Position numbers and translations under genes: made by a program. Below are positions 35,794 through 44,301 of a stretch of 49,132 nucleotides of DNA, in pieces (positions within the stretch are counted from its first letter, which is position 1; each line of letters starts with the position of its first letter). The stretch is from Chloroflexota bacterium (GTDB lineage: Bacteria > Chloroflexota > Anaerolineae > Anaerolineales > UBA11858). The notes under the pieces were generated by a model, which searched no databases, had not been told where the DNA came from, and was given only the letters and a program-made list of their open reading frames with translations. The stretch lies in contig JAANWX010000057.1 of NCBI GenBank assembly GCA_018263575.1, positions 1 to 49,132 of the forward strand. Direction: 5' to 3'.

Positions 35794-37659
35794 GTGAACG
35801 ACATTAAAACCCGCTCTGAAGGAACGGCACAGGACAATCTATGGGAACACGACAATCAGGTTCACCGCATCTTGCAGGCTAGCGGGGACGTTGAAGAGGG
35901 ACGAACCGCTTTGGTCACCTACCTCAACGACCTTGAGTGGGAATACCGCAGCGATGGCAAAGCGGATGGACAACATCCGGCGGATAAACAACATCCGTTG
36001 GAGTACGCCACGGCTATAGAAGCCCTGCGTGTCTTCCGCAACCTGCTCTCGCCGCGTAATGAAGAAATCGCTGAGTTCAGCACTATTGAACACCTCTGGC
36101 AATTGGCTAATGGAAAAGCCGACAACCTTTCCCTGGGATTCATTGAGGAATTCGAGCATCTCTTCAAGGCAATTAACGGGCAAGCCAACTTTTCTGAGGG
36201 TTGGCTGGGGTCAGCCTTGGCTGATGCTGGAGTGGAGGCAGTGGATTTCGCTACTATTGGGGGACGAGAGGCCGGCATTGCCCGCTCAGGTTTCCTTGAT
36301 CACGTAAGCGACAGGATGATGGAGTTGTTGAAACGCCACACTACCGGCCTGGACCCCGATCTGATCGCCAAACGGGAGCAGAACCGGCAAAAGATCATGG
36401 ATCACTTCGATACCACGTTGGATTATTGGAACGACTACCGCTGGCAGTTGAAACGTATCATCAAAGATGAGGATGGATTAGAACATCTCCAGCAGCTTGT
36501 ACCTTTGAACGACGAAGAGTTAGAAGCGGTCCGCTTGAGTGTAGAGTACGACATTCCCTTTGGTATTACCCCTTACTATCTATCTCTCTTCGATTTCGAT
36601 TCGCCTGATCGCAAAGAGGACGCCCAAGTCAGATCACAAGTTATTCCACCTGCGCACTATGTCGAGGAACTGATGGCACACCAGGAGGACCGGAAGCGTT
36701 ATTTTGATTTTATGGGGGAGTACGACACTTCACCCATTGATCTGGTCACCCGGCGTTATCCCACCGTAGCAATTATTAAACCTTTTGATACCTGTCCCCA
36801 GATTTGCGTCTATTGCCAAAGAAACTGGGAGATAACCGGTCCCATGATGCCCAAGGCAATGGCTCCGCAAGATAAACTGGATGCGGCTTTGGATTGGTTC
36901 GCCGCTCACACAGCCCTTCGCGACGTCCTCATTACCGGTGGCGATCCCTTGTTCATGAGTGACACCAAGATCAAGTACATGATGGAACGCTTTAGCAGCA
37001 TGGATCACATAGTCAACATCCGCTGGGCAACGCGAGGCCTTGTGACAATGCCCATGCGCGTCACAGAAGAGTTAGCCGAGATGTTGGGTGAGTACATAGA
37101 GCCTGGTCGCAGGAACGTGTGTTTCGTCACCCACATTGAGAGCGCGGCGGAAATCACGCCAGACATGGCCGATGCTGTCTACCGGTTGCGCCGGCAAGGT
37201 ATCTATGTTTATAATCAGCAAGTCTTTACGCTGAACACCAGCCTCCGTTTCCAGACCGTGGTTAACCGCATCGCAATGAAAAAAATTGGCATAGACCCCT
37301 ATTACACCTTCTATCCCAAAGGAAAAGAGGAAACAAAGGACTATCTAACTCCACTGGCACGGGTTCTTCAGGAACGCAAGGAGGAAGCGCGGTTGTTGCC
37401 GGGCATATTCCGCACCGACGAGCCAGTCTTCAACGTTCCCCGCCTGGGGAAGAACCACATCCGCTCTTGGCAGGATCGGGAACTGATCGCTATCCGTCCC
37501 GATGGGCGCCGCGTATACCTCTGGCATCCGTGGGAAAAAGGCATCACTTCGATGAAACCCTGGCCCTACGTAGATAACTCTATCAGCGAATATCTGCAGC
37601 GACTAGAGGAAATCGGAGAGGATCCGCAAGATTACGAAAGCATCTGGTACTACTATTAG
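35794..37659 (+). CDS. KamA-family radical-SAM, PLP-dependent aminomutase, long form with a ~205-aa N-terminal extension
   Basis: GTG start with AAGGAGA 5 nt upstream. Contains DYWNDYRWQL, ITPYYLSL, CPQICVYC (CxxxCxxC) and ITGGDPL. VPRLGKN sits at the position of the LAM PLP-lysine loop. Confidence 0.8.
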   Translation: MNDIKTRSEGTAQDNLWEHDNQVHRILQASGDVEEGRTALVTYLNDLEWEYRSDGKADGQHPADKQHPLEYATAIEALRVFRNLLSPRNEEIAEFSTIEHLWQLANGKADNLSLGFIEEFEHLFKAINGQANFSEGWLGSALADAGVEAVDFATIGGREAGIARSGFLDHVSDRMMELLKRHTTGLDPDLIAKREQNRQKIMDHFDTTLDYWNDYRWQLKRIIKDEDGLEHLQQLVPLNDEELEAVRLSVEYDIPFGITPYYLSLFDFDSPDRKEDAQVRSQVIPPAHYVEELMAHQEDRKRYFDFMGEYDTSPIDLVTRRYPTVAIIKPFDTCPQICVYCQRNWEITGPMMPKAMAPQDKLDAALDWFAAHTALRDVLITGGDPLFMSDTKIKYMMERFSSMDHIVNIRWATRGLVTMPMRVTEELAEMLGEYIEPGRRNVCFVTHIESAAEITPDMADAVYRLRRQGIYVYNQQVFTLNTSLRFQTVVNRIAMKKIGIDPYYTFYPKGKEETKDYLTPLARVLQERKEEARLLPGIFRTDEPVFNVPRLGKNHIRSWQDRELIAIRPDGRRVYLWHPWEKGITSMKPWPYVDNSISEYLQRLEEIGEDPQDYESIWYYY

Positions 37660-37965
37660 GCCGTTGAGCAAGCTAGTACCCAACGGCAGAAGTTCTTACC
37701 ATGGGTAGATAGCCAATCGTATTGGCGGAGATGATTTAGTGGGAGCGTAAGCGGCTGGGGGATGTGGTGCGCAGCCCACGGGCTAGAGTGAAGCCTCGCC
37801 CCGGTGCGGATTTCGCCCCCCACATGGCAACCTCTCCCCCCCTGTGTGTCACCCTCCCCCTGCGTGGCAACCTCCCCCCCCCAAAACCGCCCAATTTGAT
37901 TGGGCTACTACCCTTAAGTTGATGCATATATCCCAAATCCACGGAATCACTCATCAAGGTAATTT

Positions 37966-39030
37966 ATGACCACAACCATAGGCCCCATTAAATATCTTGA
38001 GGTAACAGGATCTCACTTCGAGGTTGGATTTGCAATTGGAGAACGGTTTTCTGAGCAAATTCATCAACTCTTGGACAACTATCGCTTGTTCCAAAACCAG
38101 ATTTTGCCTTACAATCGTACTCCAGAAGGACGGACACGATATGAAAAGCTCCTTGACTTGAACCAGGCTCAGTATCCAGGCTATATGGATGAGATAGGAG
38201 GGTTAGCCCAGGGAGCCGGACGAGCCTTCGAAGACCTGTTTTTGGTCAACTTGCGCGGAGAATATGAGAAGTATCTGGTTTCATCTGATTTGAATGGGTG
38301 CTCCGATTTTTCTCTGGTCACGGACGATGTAGCCTTGATTGGGCATAATGAAGATAGTGCCCCAGAATTTCGAGGTAACATGTATCTTGTTCACGCCGAT
38401 ATCGAGGATGGAATCCCTTTTACCGCGCTCGCGTATCCCGGATTTCTATGTGGCAACGCTTTTGGATTCAATGCTGCGGGAGTGTGTTACTCCATTGACA
38501 ATGTCCGGCCTAGAACTGCTGAAGTGGGTCTAGGCCGGCACTTCGTCGCCCGTTCCCTCCTGGACGCGGAATCTCTGGATGATGCCATTGACCGCGTGAC
38601 ATCGCCGGGCCAGGCTCTGGGCTTTAGTTACACCATCGGTTCCGTGCGCGAACGGCGCGTGATGCACGTAGAGGTTGCGTCAGAGACCAACTTTGTGCAT
38701 GAGATCCAGGGCCGCTACTACCATGCCAATCATTATTTGGAGCTTAGTGGTGTGGATCAGATTATTGGGGCTTCCAGCCAGGCACGTGTGGAGCGAGCTA
38801 ACGCTCTATTGCAAGACTTCACCCCTTTGGACGACGCGGCAGTCCTAGAAATCCTTGGTGACCAGATGAATGCGCAGTATCCCATCTACCGTACAGCTAC
38901 TCCCCCAGACGATCTTGCAACATTGTATACCACACTATTTGACCTGGATGCTCGCAGGCTAAGGATATATACCGGCCATCCTGTCCTAGCCCCACAAGAA
39001 TTCGTTGAGTTTGCCATCCCAGCCCCGTAA
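37966..39030 (+). CDS. Peptidase C45 / acyl-CoA:6-aminopenicillanic-acid acyltransferase-family Ntn hydrolase
   Basis: 354 aa. The Gly111-Cys112 (LNGCSDFSL) autoprocessing or nucleophile site is at the family-typical position. Confidence 0.65.
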   Translation: MTTTIGPIKYLEVTGSHFEVGFAIGERFSEQIHQLLDNYRLFQNQILPYNRTPEGRTRYEKLLDLNQAQYPGYMDEIGGLAQGAGRAFEDLFLVNLRGEYEKYLVSSDLNGCSDFSLVTDDVALIGHNEDSAPEFRGNMYLVHADIEDGIPFTALAYPGFLCGNAFGFNAAGVCYSIDNVRPRTAEVGLGRHFVARSLLDAESLDDAIDRVTSPGQALGFSYTIGSVRERRVMHVEVASETNFVHEIQGRYYHANHYLELSGVDQIIGASSQARVERANALLQDFTPLDDAAVLEILGDQMNAQYPIYRTATPPDDLATLYTTLFDLDARRLRIYTGHPVLAPQEFVEFAIPAP

Positions 39031-39185
39031 TTGTGAATGGAGATTAGAGATTGTCTCATTTGGCTCCCCTGTCCCTAATGATAGTGAAGGTCTCCAGACC
39101 GAACGCCCCCACAACCACGCAACACGCTACACGTAACACAAGCTTTGAGACAATTATTTTCTTAGAACTCCTTTAAGGAGAACAA

Positions 39186-41027
39186 ATGACTGAAGAAAAA
39201 CCTAAACCTGGGCCTGTCGTGAATGATTTTTCCATCACCATCGGGACAGTGAATGGCTCAGGAAGCCAAACCGCGAACACGACCCTGATGCGGGCCTTCT
39301 TCAAGATGGGCATCCCCGTATCAGGCAAGAATATTTTCCCCTCCAATATCCAGGGTTTGCCGACGTGGTACACCATACGGTTGAGCAAAGACGGGTATGT
39401 GGCCCGCTCAGAAACCACAGAGATTGTGGTCGCCATGAACAAAGACTCATTTCAAGAAGACCTGGAGAAATTGATTCCGGGTGGCGTTTTTCTTTACGCG
39501 GATGATATTCGCCAAGAAGTATTCAGAGAAGATGTCCTTGCCTTTCCCATGCCGGTGAAAAAGATCATCCGGGAGTCAGATACCCCTCGAAAACTCCGGG
39601 ATTATTTGAACAATATGGTCTATGTGGGCATTTTGGCGCACTTGCTGGGGATCGAGGTTGAAAAACTTCAACAGGCTTTAGACTTCCATTTTAATGGAAA
39701 ACAGACCCCCATTGACTTGAACATGGAGGTCATTAACCGGTCGATGAAATGGGCCGCTGAAAACTTGGAGCATGAATCCCCGTATCGCGTGGAAGCCATG
39801 GATGGGACGGATGACTATATTATGTCCAGTGGTAACACGGCCGGCGCGTTGGGTTCCATATACGGCGGTTTGCAATTTGCGGCCTGGTATCCCATCACCC
39901 CGGCTACCGGTCTCCCCGAAGCGATCATGAAATATCGCCCTGAAGTACAAACTGACCCGGAAACTGGAAAATATAAATCCGTTGTCGTGCAAGCGGAGGA
40001 TGAGTTGGCCGCCGCCGGGATGACCATTGGGGCTGGGTGGGCCGGCCTGCGTTCCATGACGGCTACTTCGGGGCCAGGGTTGAGTCTGATGGGGGAATAC
40101 ACCAGCCTGGCGTATTATGCCGAAGTCCCCGTCGTCCTATGGAACGTTCAGCGGATGGGACCCAGCACCGGATTGCCCACCCGCACCTCCCAGGGCGACA
40201 TTAACCTGGCTCATTACCTGGGACAGGGCGATACCCAACATCCCATCCTTTTCCCTGGTTCCGTGAACGAGTGTTTCGAGTTTGGCTGGAAAGCCTTAGA
40301 TTTGGCCGAAGAACTTCAAACGCCTATCATGGTACTCATTGATTTGGATTTGGGCATGAACCAGTGGATGACGTCTCCTTTCGAATATCCTGACACGCCC
40401 ATCAAACGTGGCAAAATTCTCTGGGAAGAGGACTTAGAAAACTTGGATTGGGAGTGGGGGCGGTATCTCGATAAAGATGGGGACGGCATCCCCTACCGTA
40501 CTGTGCCCGGCAACACCCATCCCAAGAGCGCGTATTTCACGCGGGGAACCGGTCACGATGATTATGCCAACTACAGCGAAGACCCAGAAACCTGGGACGA
40601 GAACATAAAACGCCTCAATCGAAAATTTGAGCTGGCACGCACCCTGGTTCCGAAGCCGAAAATCCACCGCAGAGACGGTGCAGAAATTGGCGTCATCGCT
40701 TTTGGTTCCACCGACCCAGCCGTTAGCGAAGCTGGTGATATTTTAGAAGCAGCAGGCGTCAGAGTGGACTATTTGCGGTTGCGGGCTTTGCCGATCACGA
40801 CCGAGGTGGTGGAATTCATTCAGGAACACGACCGGGTCTATGTCGTTGAGATGAATCACCATGGCCAATTACATCAGATCATTAGCCAGGATATCCCTGA
40901 GCAAGCTCTGAAAATGGTCTCATTGACCTATAACACCGGCTTGCAGTTAACGGCAGATTGGGTTAAAAACGCTATCTTGACTGAGGAACCGGGTTTCTCC
41001 GAGAAACCTGGTTCCTTCTCAGATTAG
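39186..41027 (+). CDS. korA: 2-oxoacid:ferredoxin oxidoreductase alpha subunit with a fused N-terminal gamma domain
   Basis: 613 aa. Gamma-like GTVNGSGSQTAN is followed by the alpha core. The last ~14 codons overlap a hairpin repeat. Confidence 0.85.
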   Translation: MTEEKPKPGPVVNDFSITIGTVNGSGSQTANTTLMRAFFKMGIPVSGKNIFPSNIQGLPTWYTIRLSKDGYVARSETTEIVVAMNKDSFQEDLEKLIPGGVFLYADDIRQEVFREDVLAFPMPVKKIIRESDTPRKLRDYLNNMVYVGILAHLLGIEVEKLQQALDFHFNGKQTPIDLNMEVINRSMKWAAENLEHESPYRVEAMDGTDDYIMSSGNTAGALGSIYGGLQFAAWYPITPATGLPEAIMKYRPEVQTDPETGKYKSVVVQAEDELAAAGMTIGAGWAGLRSMTATSGPGLSLMGEYTSLAYYAEVPVVLWNVQRMGPSTGLPTRTSQGDINLAHYLGQGDTQHPILFPGSVNECFEFGWKALDLAEELQTPIMVLIDLDLGMNQWMTSPFEYPDTPIKRGKILWEEDLENLDWEWGRYLDKDGDGIPYRTVPGNTHPKSAYFTRGTGHDDYANYSEDPETWDENIKRLNRKFELARTLVPKPKIHRRDGAEIGVIAFGSTDPAVSEAGDILEAAGVRVDYLRLRALPITTEVVEFIQEHDRVYVVEMNHHGQLHQIISQDIPEQALKMVSLTYNTGLQLTADWVKNAILTEEPGFSEKPGSFSD

Positions 41028-41052
41028 TGAGAAGTTGCGAGGAGAAGAAATA

Positions 41053-42081
41053 ATGGCTAGAAAGAAAAGAGTGAACGAGTTGGGTTTGTCGAAAAGTGAC
41101 TACGCTGGCGCGTCGACCACGCTGTGCGCCGGGTGTGGGCATAATGCCATCATTGGTCAGATGATAGCGGCCTGTTTTGAAGAAAATATCCCGCCTGAGA
41201 AACTTGTCAAATTTAGCGGGATTGGGTGTTCGAGCAAGGCCCCAACTTATATGTTGAAGCGATCTTTTGGGTTCAATGGCCTGCATGGACGAATGCCCTC
41301 CTTGGCCACAGGGGCCTTGTTGGCCGATATGTCTCTCATTGGGATAGGCATGAGCGGAGACGGGGATACGGCCAGTATTGGCATGGGGCAGTTCAAGCAC
41401 ATTATGCGTCGCAATGTACCTTTGGTTTATGTAGTTGCCAACAACGGCGTCTATGGCCTCACCAAGGGGCAGTTGTCTGCCACGGCTGAAGAGGGTTTGG
41501 CGCTCAAACGTCAGGGGCAAAATAAATATATGCCCATAGACATCGTCTGGGAAGCCCTGGTTGGCCGGGCCTCGTTTGTGGCCCGGGGATTCTCTGGTGA
41601 TCCCAAACAACTTAAGACCTTGTTCAAAGCGGCCTTGCACCATCGTGGTACAGCCGTCATTGATGTCATTAGCCCTTGTGTGACTTTCAACAATATGGAT
41701 GATTCACATCACTCCTACGCCTGGGGCAAGATCCATGAGGTTGCCTTGCACGAACTCTCTTTTGTTCCGCCAGGAAAATCTATCAAAGTGAAATATGAAA
41801 AGGGTGAGACTGCGGAAGTTACATTACACGACGGGTCGCAAATCATACTCAAGAAATTAGGGCGCGATTACGACCCCAATAACCGTGGAGCCGCCCTTCA
41901 GCTTCTCGAAGAGGCTAATAAAAAGAACGAGTTGGTCACCGGATTAATCTACATCAATCCCAAACAAATATCCATCTTCGACATCGAATACCTCCCACCC
42001 TCCCCCCTCAACCGTGTCCCCGACGAGGAACTGCGCCCCAGCCGGGATTCGCTGGATAAGGTGAATGCGATGATGTTTTAG
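41053..42081 (+). CDS. korB: 2-oxoacid:ferredoxin oxidoreductase beta subunit (TPP-binding)
   Basis: CAGCGH and GMSGDGD motifs. I place the start at ATG 41053 (GAGGAG upstream). Confidence 0.85.
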   Translation: MARKKRVNELGLSKSDYAGASTTLCAGCGHNAIIGQMIAACFEENIPPEKLVKFSGIGCSSKAPTYMLKRSFGFNGLHGRMPSLATGALLADMSLIGIGMSGDGDTASIGMGQFKHIMRRNVPLVYVVANNGVYGLTKGQLSATAEEGLALKRQGQNKYMPIDIVWEALVGRASFVARGFSGDPKQLKTLFKAALHHRGTAVIDVISPCVTFNNMDDSHHSYAWGKIHEVALHELSFVPPGKSIKVKYEKGETAEVTLHDGSQIILKKLGRDYDPNNRGAALQLLEEANKKNELVTGLIYINPKQISIFDIEYLPPSPLNRVPDEELRPSRDSLDKVNAMMF

Positions 42082-42093
42082 GGGAAGCCCTTT

Positions 42094-42127
42094 AGACTTC
42101 AAAAGTCTTCGAAGACTTTTGAAGTCT
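42094..42127 (+). terminator. Perfect 34-bp palindrome followed by a T-run (terminator candidate; member of the GAAGTCTT palindrome family)
   Basis: agacttcaaaagtcttcgaagacttttgaagtct followed by ctgtttt. Confidence 0.55.
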
Positions 42128-42156
42128 CTGTTTTCATAGGTGAAGGTTTAAAAGAA

Positions 42157-42184
42157 CCAGACCCCGCTCAAGGGCGGGGTCTGG
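42157..42184 (+). terminator. GC-rich 11-bp-stem hairpin
   Basis: ccagaccccgc-tcaagg-gcggggtctgg. Confidence 0.5.
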
Positions 42185-42520
42185 TTGTAAGTACGGCAAA
42201 GAATTCAATGTGGTTTTCTATTTACTGGACACCTCGATTTGCAAGGTGTTTTGTAATTCTTCCGCTGTGTCTTGAACCTGGCTTGCGGTCTCCTTCACCG
42301 CCCGGATTCTACCTAATTGATCATGCCAGAACGAGCTTCCAGCACTTGCCGCTAAGCCTGTAATGACCATCCCCCCGATATTTACTATTGGCATCCACTT
42401 TTCAGGGATGTCGCCAAGTTGTATTAACTCGCTAAGTAGTTCAAACGTGTTAAGTTGTAATAGTAAAGCTAGTACAATCCCAACGCATGCAGAGATAAGT
42501 CTCAGCCATTTTATCCAAGT

Positions 42521-42883
42521 ATGATAGCCGGTTTAGCAGGCACTATATTTGCCCACTATATCACAATCATCACCCCCAATATGTTGGTTTTACCACAAAT
42601 GGGCATCGTCATAGCCATGGGCATTATTGGTGGTGTAGAAAACTTAATAGCGGCCGCCATAGGTGGGGTCATTATCCAAGTCAGCTTAGAAATTCTCCGA
42701 GAATTTGGCGCTTGGCGCTTGGTCATTTTTGGGGGAGTATTAATAATTACCTTGCGCTTTGCACGCAATGGATTAATTGCTCCCTTGCTCCAACGAATTA
42801 GTGGAACAAGTCCCAAAGCTGAATTAAGACAAGAAGCCCCTCATTCAACAAAAGAAGGGGAAGGAGATTCTCATGAAGCTTGA
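42521..42883 (+). pseudogene. 5'-truncated LivM-type permease fragment (last ~95 aa only)
   Basis: MIAGLAGTIFAHYITIITPN...ITLRFARNGLIAPLLQRI parallels the C-terminus of LivM at 28977..30068 (MIAGIAGALDHHIIGFIAPN...LTLRFWRNGLIQPLLEKI). The similarity stops abruptly at about 42520. Confidence 0.7.
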
Positions 42884-43604
42884 AACCCAAGGTATAACAA
42901 AGAATTTTGGCGGCATTCAAGCCCTCAACTACGTATCTTTGACAGTTGGGGATGATGAGTTAGTCGGCATCATTGGTCCCAACGGAGCGGGAAAAACCAC
43001 CTTTGTCAACACCATCACAGGATTCTATAAACCTACGAAGGGAAAATTACTTCTCAATGGTAATAACATTACGAACTTGAAGCCAAACCAAGTAGCCAAA
43101 CGCGGTATCGGTCGCACATTTCAGGTTACACGCGCTTTCAGGCGTATGACCGTCATGGAGAATATGCTCGTTCCTGCGCTGGCATTTTCTCCGGATAAAA
43201 AGCGAGAGGAGGAAAAAGAACGCGCCCGCGAAGTACTCAATTTCCTTACCATAGACCACTTACGAAACGACTACGCCCGCAGCCTGTCCGGTGGCCAACA
43301 AAAACTTTTGGAATTAGCCCAACTATTGATGACAGACCCAGACCTGCTCATCTTGGATGAGCCGTTCGCGGGTGTACACCCCAAGCTAATGGAAACCATC
43401 TTCGAGTACATCCACACTGTTCACGCCCAAGGCAAATCTTTCATCATCATCAGCCATGACATGTCGTCAATTTTTGCTCTCAGCAAACGCCTAGTCGTGC
43501 TCAACTATGGTGAAGTTTTAGCAGATGGTAATCCCGATGTCGTTAAAGAAGACCCACGCGTCATAGAGGCCTACCTGGGAGAAGAGGAGAATGAATATGA
43601 TTGA
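42873..43604 (+). CDS. ABC ATP-binding protein, LivG-type paralog
   Basis: Collinear with the 30071..30802 product. I estimate roughly two-thirds identity by eye. Contains GPNGAGKTT and LSGGQQK. Confidence 0.85.
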   Translation: MKLETQGITKNFGGIQALNYVSLTVGDDELVGIIGPNGAGKTTFVNTITGFYKPTKGKLLLNGNNITNLKPNQVAKRGIGRTFQVTRAFRRMTVMENMLVPALAFSPDKKREEEKERAREVLNFLTIDHLRNDYARSLSGGQQKLLELAQLLMTDPDLLILDEPFAGVHPKLMETIFEYIHTVHAQGKSFIIISHDMSSIFALSKRLVVLNYGEVLADGNPDVVKEDPRVIEAYLGEEENEYD

Positions 43605-44298
43605 GATAAAAGACCTATACGTAGGATACTACAAAGACCTCGACATCCTCCAAGGAGTTTCTTTAAAAGCTGAAAAAGCTCAAATTGTCTCCGTTCTGGG
43701 CGCTAACGGTGTGGGAAAATCAACGCTGCTAAAAGCAATTTACGGTTTCTTGAAACCTCGCGCCGGGGAAATTTTACTGGATGGCAAAGAAATAACTGGT
43801 TTACCTTCTCATGAATTAATCTCGCAAGGCATCTCCTATATCCCCCAGCACTCAAGCGTTTTTCCACACATGTCCGTCGAAGACAACCTAACGCTAGGGG
43901 CTTGGACATTTCGAAGAGAAAAAGAACGGGTTCGAGAAAAACTTGAAGAAAATTACCAACGATTTCCCATCTTGCGAGAGCGTAAAAACGACGATGCGGG
44001 GTTGTTATCTGGCGGTATGCAACGCATGGTAGAAGTAGGTCGCACCCTGATGACCGATCCCAAAGTGATCCTTGTTGACGAGCCTACCGCTGGTTTGGCG
44101 AAAATGCTCTCTGCCGAGGTTTATCAAATGCTAACAGATTTACGTGACAATGATGGCCTCAGCATCATTCTGGTAGACCAAGAAATCCGCCAAGCGCTTA
44201 AAATTACCGACAACGTCTACGTCCTAGAGTTGGGTAAAAACAGAGTCGAAGGTCAAGCGCAAGAATTCACCGATCTCAAGAAAGCGCTCTGGGATTGA
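43597..44298 (+). CDS. ABC ATP-binding protein, LivF-type paralog
   Basis: MIEIKDLYVGYY... parallels the 30805..31506 product. I prefer ATG 43597 (GAGGAG 7 nt upstream) over 43591. Confidence 0.85.
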   Translation: MIEIKDLYVGYYKDLDILQGVSLKAEKAQIVSVLGANGVGKSTLLKAIYGFLKPRAGEILLDGKEITGLPSHELISQGISYIPQHSSVFPHMSVEDNLTLGAWTFRREKERVREKLEENYQRFPILRERKNDDAGLLSGGMQRMVEVGRTLMTDPKVILVDEPTAGLAKMLSAEVYQMLTDLRDNDGLSIILVDQEIRQALKITDNVYVLELGKNRVEGQAQEFTDLKKALWD

Positions 44299-44301
44299 TA
44301 C

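Noticed and set aside
39047-39155. 9-bp inverted repeats (attgtctca / tgagacaat) bracketing ~100 bp upstream of korA, as a possible MITE
   Set aside because: The terminal repeats are short, no target duplication is evident, and no second copy occurs in the window. The interior only shares the common GATAGTGAAGGTCTC box.
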